This document shows, in pieces, positions 15,019 to 27,700 of a DNA stretch of 64,000 bases (within the stretch, counting starts at the first letter, position 1; each line of letters begins with the position of its first letter). The DNA lies in NCBI RefSeq assembly GCF_902652985.1, contig NC_047016.1, forward strand, positions 21,824,001-21,888,000. Direction: 5' to 3'. Position numbers and translations under genes: made by a program. The notes beneath the pieces were generated by a model, which saw only the letters and a list, made by a program, of their open reading frames with translations, did no database searches and was not told the DNA's origin. This DNA comes from Pecten maximus (Eukaryota).

Positions 15019-15310
15019 AGTAGTACAAAAGTAAGGTTTCTGGGCCAGGGTCACCCGGTGCACTCCCCTATATAATCCTTACCACCTCCCGGGCACCTCC
15101 CTAGTGGCACCCCCTTGACAGGGGGGTACCGATGACGTCACAGGTAGAGGGTTATCCGGTGCACTATAAAAGGGGTCACGTCACTCAGGGGGTACAGATG
15201 ATGCAAGAGAGGTCACGCCCCATTCGTCAGGGGGAACCGATGACGTCATGAGTTGAGGGGATATAGGTGACGAGTTTTACTGACAGTTCTATATTTAGAG
15301 CGATTGCATC
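15019..15310 (+). repeat. Left terminal inverted repeat of the Polinton-like element
   Basis: Reverse complement of ~24446-24738 with scattered mismatches. Contains TGACGTCA motifs at 15133 and 15241. Confidence 0.9.
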
Positions 15311-16065
15311 ATGCTTAGAAATAGCTGGTTTTCAGCCAGTCAAGTTCATTTGGGACATTCTATGATACACAAAGTAAACAAAAAACAAAAGACGATACAT
15401 ATCTTATACAACATTTATGATTATCTCCGTAGCGAACGATTGAATATGGCTATGTAGTAAATGAATTTCAATAGGTTAGGTATGATTGGTTTTACCTAGA
15501 ACAAACATTCTGCAGTATGATGCTGAATATTACAGACACTATGTAAGATCAGAAATATCTACAGCTTTTCCTAATTAAATCGGAACCTTCTAAGGCGAAT
15601 ATGATGATATGAAACAAGTGTTAAACCACACATCCGTTTATATGAATATTATGTAGAAATACTGAAGCTAGCGTACACTACCTACCATTATTTATACTTG
15701 TGTCTAATCCCATTTGTGTTTTGACAAATAAAATACGTTTAAATCAAAATCACTATGTATTCACACAGGAAGATATGTGTAAACAAAGTACACAAGAGTT
15801 TTAGTACGGTGCAACGAAACAGAAGTAGCTAGTTATGTGAACCCCTCGGGCCTAGAATACACGTAGTTTTAACGAATATCGACGACAAACCTCCACAATT
15901 CAAGAACTTCCAGCATTAATAGAATCCAATATCGATAGCTAAATAATCAACTTCAGTCTGCTTGTAATGCAAATAGCGGCCTGTGTATACAAACACGATC
16001 GCATGACCTACTTTCAAATTTTACATTCGCTTTACGTGTATAAGATTATACACCTAAAATTGGTG

Positions 16066-16176
16066 GCCCGCTTAGCCGTGCGGTCTAGGTAGGGAAGCTT
16101 TGTATACTTACATACGGTATACGGTGAACGCCGCTAGTTCGACTCCCGTTCATAGCAGATACAAAAAAAAAAAAAA
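16066..16176 (+). ncRNA. tRNA-like Pol III unit (A box/B box plus A-tail) inside the Polinton-like element
   Basis: tagccgtgcggtctag (A-box-like), agttcgactccc (B-box-like), internal gtatac..gtatac stem, then A14. It does not form a clean tRNA cloverleaf. Confidence 0.45.
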
Positions 16177-16493
16177 TATTTTCAGTGTTTGATAGACTCG
16201 GCAGCTATGAAAAACACGTCTGATCACTTCAAAATCAACACAAAAAGTGAAAAAATAAATTACCAAAAAATCAAATAGCCAATCAAATTACCCGATTACT
16301 CTTGAAGGTGTCGGAGGGTATAAATACAAGTGCGAAATCACAAAAAAATCATTCTTAGGCTGCCACTTGGAGGAGTAAGACAGAAGAAAGTAATACAACA
16401 AATACAAGACACTGAAATAGTACACTGCTTACGGAACGAAAAGGTAAGTTTCAGTCCAATTATACAATTTGTAGGTTTATGATAATGTAACGT

Positions 16494-16970
16494 CTGAGGT
16501 GTTTGTCACACATGAATTGAGTGTACTGGGTTAGGGCGATGTCACAAGTCCACAACATGTCCCCGCGATATCCAGGAACATCTTTCCGACCAATAATTCA
16601 TGTGGGCCCATCGGGTGATGCTCCGTTTCTGGTGACAGAAGCGTTGATGTTCTTCGAAAGAACACCATAGGACTCTGTCCTTTAATCAGACATATACAAG
16701 ATTTTAGTTGCTATGTGGTTTCGATTTATACTTCTCACATATTTGTAAAACTGAGGTGTTTGTCACACATGAATTGAGTGTACTGGGTTAGGGCGATGTC
16801 ACAAGTCCACAACGGAAAGAGGGCGTTATAAAGTGACATGTCCCCGCGATATCCAGGAACATCTTTCCGACCAATAATTCATGTGGGCCCATCGGGTGAT
16901 GCTCCGTTTCTGGTGACAGAAGCGTTGATGTTCTTCGTACGAACACCATAGGACTCTGTCCTTTAGTCAG
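16494..16970 (+). repeat. Direct duplication (~195 and ~220 bp) in the Polinton 5' region
   Basis: ctgaggtgtttgtcacacatg...ggactctgtccttta occurs at ~16494-16688 and ~16751-16970. The second copy has a ~25-bp insertion. Confidence 0.9.
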
Positions 16971-17203
16971 TTAGCATTTCTCAGCTTCTAAAACACATCT
17001 GTATGCTTCAAAATCTATGATACATCTGAGATAAAAACACTAACCATATTTCTCAACATTTGTATTAACCAATCAAATGAGAGCAATGATGTCATTAATA
17101 AGAAAGGGTTTAAATACAGGAGTTATACCGATAAAATTTCATTCTGTAGCAGACACCTAGAGGACAGCACATCGCTTAATTTGTTCTTCCTATTGCAGAA
17201 ACT

Positions 17204-20200
17204 ATGGAAAAAAAGGACAGCTATCGATCAAAGTGCTACTCCGGCTAAGAAGGGGAAATTTTCTTGCCCACATTGTGATAAATCCTTTGAACACAAAAAG
17301 TCTCTCACGAGACATGTTGCACAACATGGAGATATCAAATGGAAATGTGGAGTTTGTAACAAAGAGTTTGCGAGAAAAGATCGACTGACGAGAGAGACAT
17401 GAGAAGGTTCATGGAAAACCACTACATTTATGTTGCGGAAAATCGTTCTGGAGGGCTGATAAATACCGTGAACATTTAAAAGCGCACAACAGAAGTCAAC
17501 ACGGGGGAGCATTGGAAATAGCCGAACACGAAAACAAAGAGAATGTCCAACCGCCAAAGGATCAAGAAGTTAAGCGTAACACTGACAGATTAAATGCAGA
17601 GATAGAAAACAACTCGGCAAACCCGACCATACAAGTTAATCAGCCAACGGATAATGACGAATGCCCTGAGGAAGCACTTGGTGGATCCTTTAAAGTGGTC
17701 ACTATTCCGGCAGAGGGTAAAGCCAAATTAGACGTCACAACATCCCTTCACCAACACTACGACACCATAAAGAAGAAAATAGAGAGTGCAGTTATCCAGG
17801 GGGGTGTCAAATGGTACCTATCGATCCAAGTCCAATTTTCAAAGCCGAAGGGAGAGACCGTGGAAAGCGTTACACCTCATTTTCGTGGAAAGTGTCAAAT
17901 CACTCTGAAATCTATTGACATTGACGAACACATGCGGGAATCGATACGAAAAATCCAGAATTCGTTCACAGAGTATCAACGACAGGGTAGCAACTGGACA
18001 TTAGACAAGGTGCTCCAAATACAGATTCATTTTGCCCGATACAAGCCTCTCAAAGGGTCCAGTTACATACCACTACCGATCAAGCTTAGATCTAAGCATG
18101 CTATTATCAACATTCAAAACAAAGACAAAAAATGTTTCATGTGGTCAGTATTGGTTGCTTTGCACCCAAGGAAAAATCATCCAGAGCGTGCTTCGAAATA
18201 CATAGATTACCAAAGCGAACTCAATTTCACGGGTATTTCCTTCCCTGTCAAAGTTGCTGATGTCATTAAGTTCGAGGCAGGAAACAAGATCAGCATCAAC
18301 GTCTTAGGATACGAAAAAGGTTCGCTTTTCCCAATACATGTGACAAAGCAAAGGTTTGACCGACACGTAGATTTACTACTCATATCTGACGGACGAAAAT
18401 CTCACTACTGCTGGATCAAGAATATAGACCGGCTTCTGAGTGATCAGTACACATGTAAAAACCGCTATTTTCACTGCATGTATTGCATGCAAGGGTTCAC
18501 CAAGGAACGGATTCTCAACGACCATATCCCCTACTGTCGTGAGCACGGGACACAGAAAATTAAATTACCAACAGAAGAGGATAAATGGTTGTTCTATAAG
18601 GACGTGAGAAAACAATTAAAGGTGCCTTACATGATATATGCAGACTTCGAGTCATTTCAAGTTCCCATACATGGATGCGAGGTTGACCCGGAAAAATCAC
18701 ACACTGAGAAGACCACGCGACATATTCCTTCTAGTTTCGCCTACAAAGTAGTAGGTGTGACAAAGGAAACCTCCAAAAATCCCGTGGTTTATAGAGGACC
18801 AGGTGTGACTGAGAAATTTGTAGAATGTATGCTGAGGGGGCAGGAGGATATAGAACAAAGATTCAAAAATGTCGAACCGTTGGTCATGACAGGAAGTGAT
18901 TGGCACTCATTCAAAACAGCAGTAGACTGCCATATTTGTGGGAAGGAATTAGGGGACGACAGAGTGAAAGATCATTGTCACGTGGCGGGAGCATTCAGGG
19001 GAGCAGCTCACAATGACTGTAACATAAACTATAAGTTTACGGGACGTATTCCGGTCGTCTTCCACAATTTGAGAGGTTACGATTCCCATCTCATAATGCA
19101 AGCAATTGGAAAGATGTCTGATAAAGAAATAAAATGTATACCAAATAATATGGAGAAGTACATTTCTTTCTCCATGGGTTGTATGGACTTTATCGATAGT
19201 TTCCAGTTTATGGGAACGTCACTGGAAAAACTTATCGGGAATTCATCTGTGGAGGGTAAGGACAAGTTCTCACACATGACGCAACATTTTGGCGATGAGA
19301 AAATCGAACTCCTCCTTAAAAAAACAAGTGTACCCATACGACTACTTCGATGGTCCCCACAGGTTTCGAGAGACTAGTCTCCCTCCAAAGGAAGCTTTTC
19401 GTAGCAGTCTGACGGGAGAGGATGTATCGGAAGAAAAGTATCACCACGCTTGCAAAGTCTGGAAGGATTTCAGCATACAGAATCTTGGTGAATATTCGGA
19501 CATATACGTCTTGACAGATGTACTAGGTCTGGCCGATGTATTCGAAAACTTTCGAAATCTATGTCTGGAATCATATGGCCTCGATGCAGCTCATTTTTAC
19601 ACTGCTCCAGGTCTTGCATGGCAAGCAGCTCTAAAAATGACAAATGTCAGACTCAAACCGCTTACTGACAGCGACCAGCACTTGTTCATTGAGGAAGGCT
19701 TGAGGGGAGGCATATCCATGATTAGTCACCGATTTGCTGAGGCTAACAATCCCTACGTCCTAGGATATGACCCAATGAAACCAACAGAATACATCACCTA
19801 CTTGGATGCAAATAATTTGTATGGCTGGGCCATGTCTCAATACCTGCCGACTCATGGCTTCGCCTGGCTTACCGATAATGAAAAGGACATGCTTGATATC
19901 ACGACAGTTACTGATGATGCGACACGTGGATATGTACTGGAAATGGATCTAGAATATCCTACAGAACTCCACGATCTACACAACGAATACCCACTAGCAC
20001 CCGAACGGGTAACCGTGGGAAAAGATGAACTGACTGACCACAGTAAAACCTTATGGCGGAAGCTGTCGCACTGTGGAAATCTACATGATGGTGAAAACCT
20101 TCACGATTGTTTGGATCATTATAACTCAGCACAAAAACTCGTTCCAAACCTTAGAAATAAGGAAAAGTATGTAGTACACTACAGAAACTTAAAACAATAC

Positions 20201-21143
20201 CTCTCACTCGGAATGAAACTCACAAAAGTCCAGAGTGTTAACCTTCGAGCAGGCGCCATGGTTGAAGACTTATATAGATTACAACACGGAAAAAAGGAAA
20301 CAATCTCGAAACAATTTCGAGAAAGATTTCTATAAATTAATGAACAACAGCGTGTTTGGCAAGACAATGGAGAACTTAAGAAAGAGAATGGACGTCAAGC
20401 TTGTAAACAGTGAGAAGAAAGCAATGAAACTTACATGCAAACCCATATTCCACGAGTTCAGAATTTTCTCTGACGATTTAATCGGTGTTCACATGCTTAA
20501 GGCAAAGTTGTTTTTGAATCGACCAATCTACGTCGGATTCAGCATTCTTGACATCTCAAAAACATTGATGTATGATTTTCATTATAATTACATCAAGCAG
20601 AAATTTTGATCTAATGCCCGTCTTCTCTTTACCGATACCGACAGTCTAGCATATACCATTCAGACAGATGACTTCTACCAACATATGTTAGAGGACAGTG
20701 ATTTATTCGATATATCAGAGTTCAGGAAAGACAATCCACTCTACAGTATTAAAAATAAGAACGTACTGGGCAAAATGAAAGATGAGACTCATGGCGATGC
20801 GATCCATGCCTTTGTTGGGCTGAAATCAAAGATGTATGCATATACATACAATACAATGGAAGATATTGGTGGTACAGAAGTGATAACACATGTGGAATCA
20901 AAGAAGGCAAAAGGTATCAAAAAGTATGTTATTGAAAACCACACTCGTTTTGAGCAGTACAAGGAATGTCTTCTTAAAAACAGAATTATCATGTCTCACA
21001 TGAATCAGATCAGAAGATTCAAGCACCAACTCTATAACATATCGATGACCAAAATAGGCCTGTCACCATTTGACGACAAGCGATATCTGCTAGACGATGG
21101 GATTACTAGCTACGCTTACGGTCATTGGAGGATACAAAATTAG
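17204..21143 (+). pseudogene. Protein-primed DNA polymerase B (Polinton type) with N-terminal C2H2 zinc fingers and an endonuclease VII-like insert; frameshifted
   Basis: ORF pieces 17181-17402, 17512-19377, 19289-20335, 20235-20609, 20685-21143. Motifs: YADFES (exo I), CHICG..DHCH..G.FRGAAHNDCN (endonuclease VII-like), [44 protein letters not shown] (just after the stop at 20607-20609), GKMKDE, KAKG, FDDKRY. About four frameshifts plus one stop. Confidence 0.92.
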
Positions 21144-21480
21144 GAGAGTGAACTATCCTAGAAAGGTCTCATTTCAGGACCCCGCTGAATGGAAAAAGGT
21201 GTACAATCGACACAGATCACCCGAGTACCATTGTGTGGGTGGTAGATGACTCTCAGTAGTGTAAATAAATCATATTGTCCATTTTAAAGTAGGCTCTATG
21301 TACAGGCAGACACAAGATGGGTCCCTGACTTGTGTACTGCCTTATTGACAGAGATTATAAATATCGATTGTTACAATGTGTCGAATTATATTTTTACCCA
21401 TAATGCACTGCCCGAAAGAGTATAAATAGACCTAAAGTCTGAAATTTTGTCATTTCATACCTGGACACCGAGGAGTAAAC

Positions 21481-22990
21481 ATGTATAAAGTTCAATGTTG
21501 TGACTGCCGAAGATGGTTTTCCAGAATAGATGTAATGAAAAGACATCAGAGAAACGTACATGGTTATCTATCAACACCACTTCAAAAAGACAGCCAGCCA
21601 GCGCCGCCGCCGCCGCCGCAGGAGGGCAGTCATGCGTATCCGCCGCCACAGGAGGGCAGTCATGCGTATCCGCCGCAGCCGCCGCCGGAGGGCAGTCAGC
21701 AGAAGCAGCGGGACTTTGTTTTTAAACATCCCTTTACTGCAAATGTATCGGGACCCACATCATGTGGAAAGACTTATTTTGTCAAGACTTTATTACAAAA
21801 TTGTTTGTCAAAGATATCGCCAGCTCCACAAAGGATTTTGTGGCTCTACAAACGCTGGCAACCTCTATATGATATCATCAGGTCAACGGTTGTACCAAAG
21901 GTGGAATTTATTCAGGGGATACCACTTGATTTAGATCAGGACTCGTTCATAAACTCTAGCATTAGAAACCTTGTAATACTTGACGACCTAATGTCTACAG
22001 CATTTAAGGATCCGGGGATCAATGAGTTGTTTACAGAAGGGAGTCATCACAGAAACCTGTCCATCGTTGCCATCAACCAAAATTTATATTATAACAAGGA
22101 CCCTACTCAGAGACGTAACTGTCATTACTTGGTTTTGTTTAACAATCCAGTGGATAAACAACAGGTCATGACTTTAGCCAGACAAATGTACCCTGAAAAT
22201 GTTCAACACCTGATGAGCCATTTCAAGGAAGCTACCAGGAAACCCTATGGATACCTTCTCGTCGATTTGAAACCCACTACACTTGAATCTCTGCGCTTGC
22301 GCAGTCATGTCTTCGCTCACGAACCTATAAAAGGGGACATAGAACAGACGTTCGATCATTTTGATAGCAGCAGTCGTAGTGAACGGACGTATTTCCGACA
22401 GCAACAAGAAAATCCTGAACATCCTCACCACTTTACCGAAGATATTCCACAGCAGCCCCGAGAATCAGACCAAATGTCTGCCTGTGACGATTGCGGTATC
22501 ATGTTCCAAAACATGCACGATTTACAGAGACACTTGAAAACCTGGTGTCCAGAAAATGATTCTAGGAAAAGGAAACGAGAATCAATAGAGGAAGAAGATG
22601 GGCCTCAGCCAAAAAGGTGGATCTCATATGAAGAGTCCGACGAGGAAAGTGGTGAAAGTGAAGAAAATGAAGTTGTCTGATGACGAAGCACAGAAAAAAG
22701 CGAACGAGAAGATGAAATTGTCTGACATGGAGCAATTTTACCACAATTATAAAGCCATTATCCAGTACATTCTTCAGCTACGAAATGGTATGATCCACGA
22801 AAAGATCATGGATGATGTCACTGAATTCATAGACGATGGATATGGGAGTCGTAAAGCAATCAAGATGGCACTTAAAAAGAATCGTCATGTTTTAGAAGAG
22901 TTGTGGGACCATGACTCCGAAGATGATGAATCGAACGTTGACTCCGAGGATGAGGAATCGGACGATGACTCCGAAGCAGATGAAAACTGA
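21481..22990 (+). CDS. Polinton A32/FtsK-like packaging ATPase with C2H2-like motifs and acidic tail (ORF 21481-22680, probably continuing by frameshift into 22598-22990)
   Basis: Walker A GPTSCGKT, Walker B LVILDDLM, LFTEGSHHRNLS, KPYGYLLVD. N-terminal CCDCRRWF..MKRHQRNVH, Pro-rich PPPQEGSHAY repeats, C-terminal CDDCG..LQRH motif. Confidence 0.85.
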
Positions 22991-23049
22991 AATATATAAG
23001 GTTTGTTGTTCAAATCTTCATTTCAACGTCTAGCACTTGACGAGGAAAG

Positions 23050-24158
23050 ATGCCTTCCTGGGAGGATTATCTAAGAGATATTTATTTTAACCCTGCAAAT
23101 GCGGGGAGTTTCTCCGGACCCGACAAATTGTATAGATATGTACGGAAAGACGGAAAATACGTCATCAGCAAATACAAAATAAGAAAATGGTTACAACGCC
23201 AAGAGCCATACAGTCTTCAGGGATCGCTCCGACGTCCATTCAAGCGAAACAAAATCATAGTGACGGGTATCGACGACCAATGGTCGGCTGATCTCATGGA
23301 CATGGTCAAATTCAAGAGTGAAAACGATGGTTATTCCTATGTACTCGTTGTCATAGATGTCTTCTCTAAGTATTTGTGGATGAGACCTCTAAAAGACAAG
23401 AAAGGTGCATCTGTAGCAAAAGCGCTACAGGATATTTTATACGAGGGGAGACAGCCGGGCCGGATACGTACCGATAAGGGCCAAGAATTTCGATCGAAAG
23501 AGGTGAATACACTCATGGATGGATATGGCATACAGCATTTATATGCCCAAAACGACACCAAAGCCGCCGTAGCCGAGCGTGTCATCAAAACCATAAAATC
23601 TAGACTGTACAGGTATTTCACGCACAGAAGAAACTACGAATACGTTAAGAAATTACAAACGTTTGCCGACAGCTATAATCAAACGTATCACCGGACGATC
23701 GGTATGCCCCCCACAAATGTGTCTAAAGATAAGGAGACGTCTATCTGGTGGAGAATGTATTGGCCGAAAAAACAACCAGTCTTGCCAAAAACGAAGAAGG
23801 TTCGTAAACCTTTCAAGTTCAAAGTTGGAGATAAAGTGAGGTTGTCCCATTTGAGAAACCTTTTCTCCCGAGAATATGACCAAAAATGGACGGGGAGATA
23901 TTCACCATTTCTCAAAAGATACTTCGTGGAGGCTTACCAGTGTATAGAGTTAAAGACTTTGATGGAGACGAGATCAAAGGAACCTTCTACCAGTCCGAAC
24001 TACAGAAAATAGATGTTAGGGACGATGATATGTGGAAGGTTGAGACCATTCTGAAAACCAGAGAAAAAGGTCGAAACAAAAAAAACTACGTGAAATGGCT
24101 ACACTGGCCGAAGAAATTCAACTCCTGGATACGTGCGTCTGATGTAACCGATTTGTAG
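23050..24158 (+). pseudogene. Retroviral-like (rve, DDE) integrase with C-terminal chromodomain; one frameshift near 23895
   Basis: WSADLMD, VIDVFSKY, IRTDKGQEF, AERVIKTIK, YNQTYHRTIGMPP, FKVGDKVR. The frameshifted tail reads GTFYQSELQ..VETILK..YVKWLHWPKKFNSWI (chromodomain). Confidence 0.9.
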
Positions 24159-24445
24159 GAGAGTGAACTACCCTAGAAAGGTCTAATATCAAGACCCCTT
24201 GTTATGGGAAAGAGCGTACATATACACAGATCGCTCAAGTACAATAACATGGGTGGAAGATGGCTCTCGTTTATTTGTAAATATTCATTTGTCCATGATA
24301 GAGTAGGTTTTCTTTGTAAGGATGGATGTGGGATGGCTCTCCGACCTACATTCATTCCATCGCGACGGGGAAAATAAAATGTTGTACATAAAAAGTCTTA
24401 TCTTATATTATGATCTAGTTTGACCTAAAAGTTATTTCAAAATAA

Positions 24446-24738
24446 GATACAACCGCCCTAAATATAGAACTGTCAGTAAAACTCGTCACCTATATCCCCT
24501 CAGCTCATGACGTCATCGGTTCCCCCCTGACGAATGGGGCGTGACCTCTCTTGCATCATCTGTACCCCTGAGTGACGTGACCCGTTTTATAGTGCACCGG
24601 ATAACCCTTCATATGTGACGTCATCGGTACCCCCCTGCCAAGGAGGGTGCCACTAGGGAGGTGCCAGGGAGGTGGTAAGGATTATATAGGGAAGTACACC
24701 GGGTGACCCTGGCCCAGAAACCTTACTTTTGTACTACT
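24446..24738 (-). repeat. Right terminal inverted repeat of the Polinton-like element
   Basis: Reverse complement of 15019-15310. Confidence 0.9.
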
Positions 24739-27700
24739 ACTAGTAGCGATTTGAATGAATTAACTCTATTTCCCCTATGGGGCCCGCCCCTCAGGCCCCT
24801 GGGGGTCAGAGTCACCATTTATGCAAAATCTGTTCCCCTTCCCCCAATGATGTTTCTGACCAAATTGGGTTCAAATCCTTTGATAACTTTATGACAAGTA
24901 GCGATTTGAAGGAATTACCTCTATTTCCCCTATGGGGCCCGCCCCTTTGGCCCCTTGGGGGTCAGAGTCATCATTTATGCAAAAACTGTTCCCCTTCCCC
25001 CAATGATGTTTCTGACCAAATTGGGTTCAAATCCTTTCATAACTGTATGACAAGTAGCGATTTAAAGGAATTACCTCTATTTCCCCTATGGAGCCCCGCC
25101 CCTTTGGCCCCTTGGAGGTCAGAGTCACCATTTATGCCAAATCTGTTTCCCTTCCCTCAATGAAAATTCTGACCAAATTGGGTTCAAATCCTTTCATAAC
25201 TTTATGACAAGTAGCGATTTAAAGGAATTACCTCTATTTCCCCTATTGGGCCCCACCCATTTAGCCCCTCAGGGGTCAGAGTCACCATTTATGTAAAATC
25301 TGTTCCTCTTCCCCAATGATGTTTCTGACCAAATTTGGTTCAAATCCTTTCATAACTTTATGACAAGTAGCGATTTAAAGGAATAACCTCTATTTCCCCT
25401 ATGGAGCCCCGCCCCTTTGGCCCCTCGGGGGTCAGAGTCACCATTTATGCAAAATCTGTTCCCCTTCCCCCAATGATGTTTCTGACTAAATTGGGTTCAA
25501 ATCCTCTCATAACTTTATGACAAGTAGCGATTTAAAGGAATTGCCTCAATTTCCCCTATTGGGCCCCGCCCCTCAGGCCCCTTGGCGGTCAGAGTCACCA
25601 TTTATGCAAAATCTAATTCCCTTCTGCCAAGGGTGTTTCTGACCAAATTTGGTCAAAATCCAATAGGAACTTTTTGACATGTAGCGATTTGAAGGAATTA
25701 ACTCTATTTCCCCTATGGAGCCCCGCCCCTTTGGCCCCTCGGGGGTCAGAGTCACCATGTATGCAAAATCTGTTCCCTTCCCCCAATGATGTTTCTGACT
25801 AAATTGGGTTCAAATCCTTTCATAACTTTATGACAAGTAGCGATTTAAAGGAATTGCCTCAATTTCCCCTATTGGGCCCCGCCCCTCAGGTCCCTTGCGG
25901 GTCAGAGTCACCATTTATGCAAAATCTAATCCCCTTGTGCCAAGAATGTTTCTGACCAAATTTGGTCAAAATCCAATAGGAACTTTTTGCCATGTAGCGA
26001 TTTGAAGGAATTAACTCTATTTCCCCTATGGAGCCCCGCCCCTTTGGCCCCTCGGGGGTCAGAGTCACCATGTATGCAAAATCTGTTCCCCTTCCCCCAA
26101 TGATGTTTCTGACTAAATTGGGTTCAAATCCATTCATAACTTGAAGACTAGTAGCGATTTAAAGGAATTACCTCTATTTCCCCTATTGGGCCCCGCCCCT
26201 TTGGCCCCTCGGGGGTCTGAGTCACCATTGATGCAAAATCTGTTCCTCTTATCACAAGAATGTTTCTGACCAAATTGGGTTCATATCCATTCATAACTTT
26301 ATGACTAGTAGCGATCTAAAGGAATTGCCTCAATTTCCCCTATTGGGCCCCGCCCTCAGGCCCCTTGGGGTCAGTCACCATTGATGCAAAATCTGATCCC
26401 CTTCCCCAAAGAATGATTCTGACCAAATTGAGTTCAAATCCATTCATAACTTTATGACTAGTAGCGGTTTAAAGGAATTAACACTATTTCCCCTATGGGC
26501 CCCGCCCCTTTGGCCCCTCGGGGGTCAGAGTCACCATTTATGCAAAATCTGTTCCCCTCCCCCAATGATGTTTCTGACCAAATTGGGTTCAAATCCATTC
26601 AAAACTTTATGACTAGTAGCGATTTAAAGGAATTACCACTATTTCCCCTATGGGCCCCGCCCCTTTGGCCCCTCGGGGGTCAGAGTCATCATTTATGCAA
26701 AAACTGTTCCCCTTCCCTAATAGATGTTTCTAAATAAATTGGGTTCAAATCCATTCATAACTTTATCACTAATGGTGATTTAAAGGAATTACCTCTATTT
26801 CCCCTATGGAGCCCCGCCCCTTTGGCCCCTCGGGGGTCAGAGTCACCATTTATGCAAAATCTGTTCCCCTTCCCCCAATGATGTTTCTGACTAAATTTGG
26901 TTCAAATCCTTTCATAACTTTATGACAAGTAGCGATTTAAAGGAATTGCCTCAATTTCCCCTATTGGGCCCCGCCCCTCAGGCCCCTTGGGGGTCAGTGT
27001 CACCATTTATGCAAAATCTAATTCCCTTCTGCCAAGGATGTTTCTGACTAAATTTGGTCAAAATCCATTAAAACCTTTATGACTAGTAGCGATTTAAAGG
27101 AATTGCCTCAATTTCCCCTATTGGGCCCCGCCCCTCAGGCCCCTTGGGGGTCAGTTTCACCATTTATGCAAAATCTAATCCCCTTCTGCCAAGGATATTT
27201 CTGACCAAATTTGGTCAAAATCCATTAAAACCTTTATGACTAGTAGCGATTTAAAGGAATACCTCTATTTCCCCTATGGAGCCCCGCCCCTTTGGCCCCT
27301 CGGGGGTCAGAGTCACCATGTATGCAAAATCTGTTCCCCTTCCCCCAATGATGTTTCTGACTAAATTGGGTTCAAATCCTTTCATAACTTTATGACAAGT
27401 AGCGATTTAAAGGAATTGCCTCAATTTCCCCTATTGGGCCCCGCCCCTCAGGTCCCTTGCGGGTCAGAGTCACCATTTATGCAAAATCTAATCCCCTTCT
27501 GCCAAGGATGTTTCTGACCAAATTTGGTCAAAATCCAATAGGAACTTTTTGCCATGTAGCGATTTGAAGGAATTAACTCTATTTCCCCTATGGAGCCCCG
27601 CCCCTTTGGCCCCTCGGGGGTCAGAGTCACCATGTATGCAAAATCTGTTCCCTTCCCCCCAATGATGTTTCTGACTAAATTGGGTTCAAATCCTTTCATA

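Larger units (their letters stand above)
15019..24738 (+). mobile_element. Polinton/Maverick-like element, 9,720 bp, no capsid/protease genes visible
   Basis: Ends AGTAGTACAAAA...TTTTGTACTACT, ~290-bp imperfect TIRs, 6-bp TSD ACTAGT (15013-15018 and 24739-24744). Encodes pPolB, an ATPase and an rve integrase. Confidence 0.93.

Noticed and set aside
21560-21934. Arg-rich protamine/core-protein-like ORF overlapping the ATPase
   Set aside because: It is the alternative frame of the ccg/Pro-rich repeat in the ATPase gene, has no ATG of its own in good context and has no independent support.
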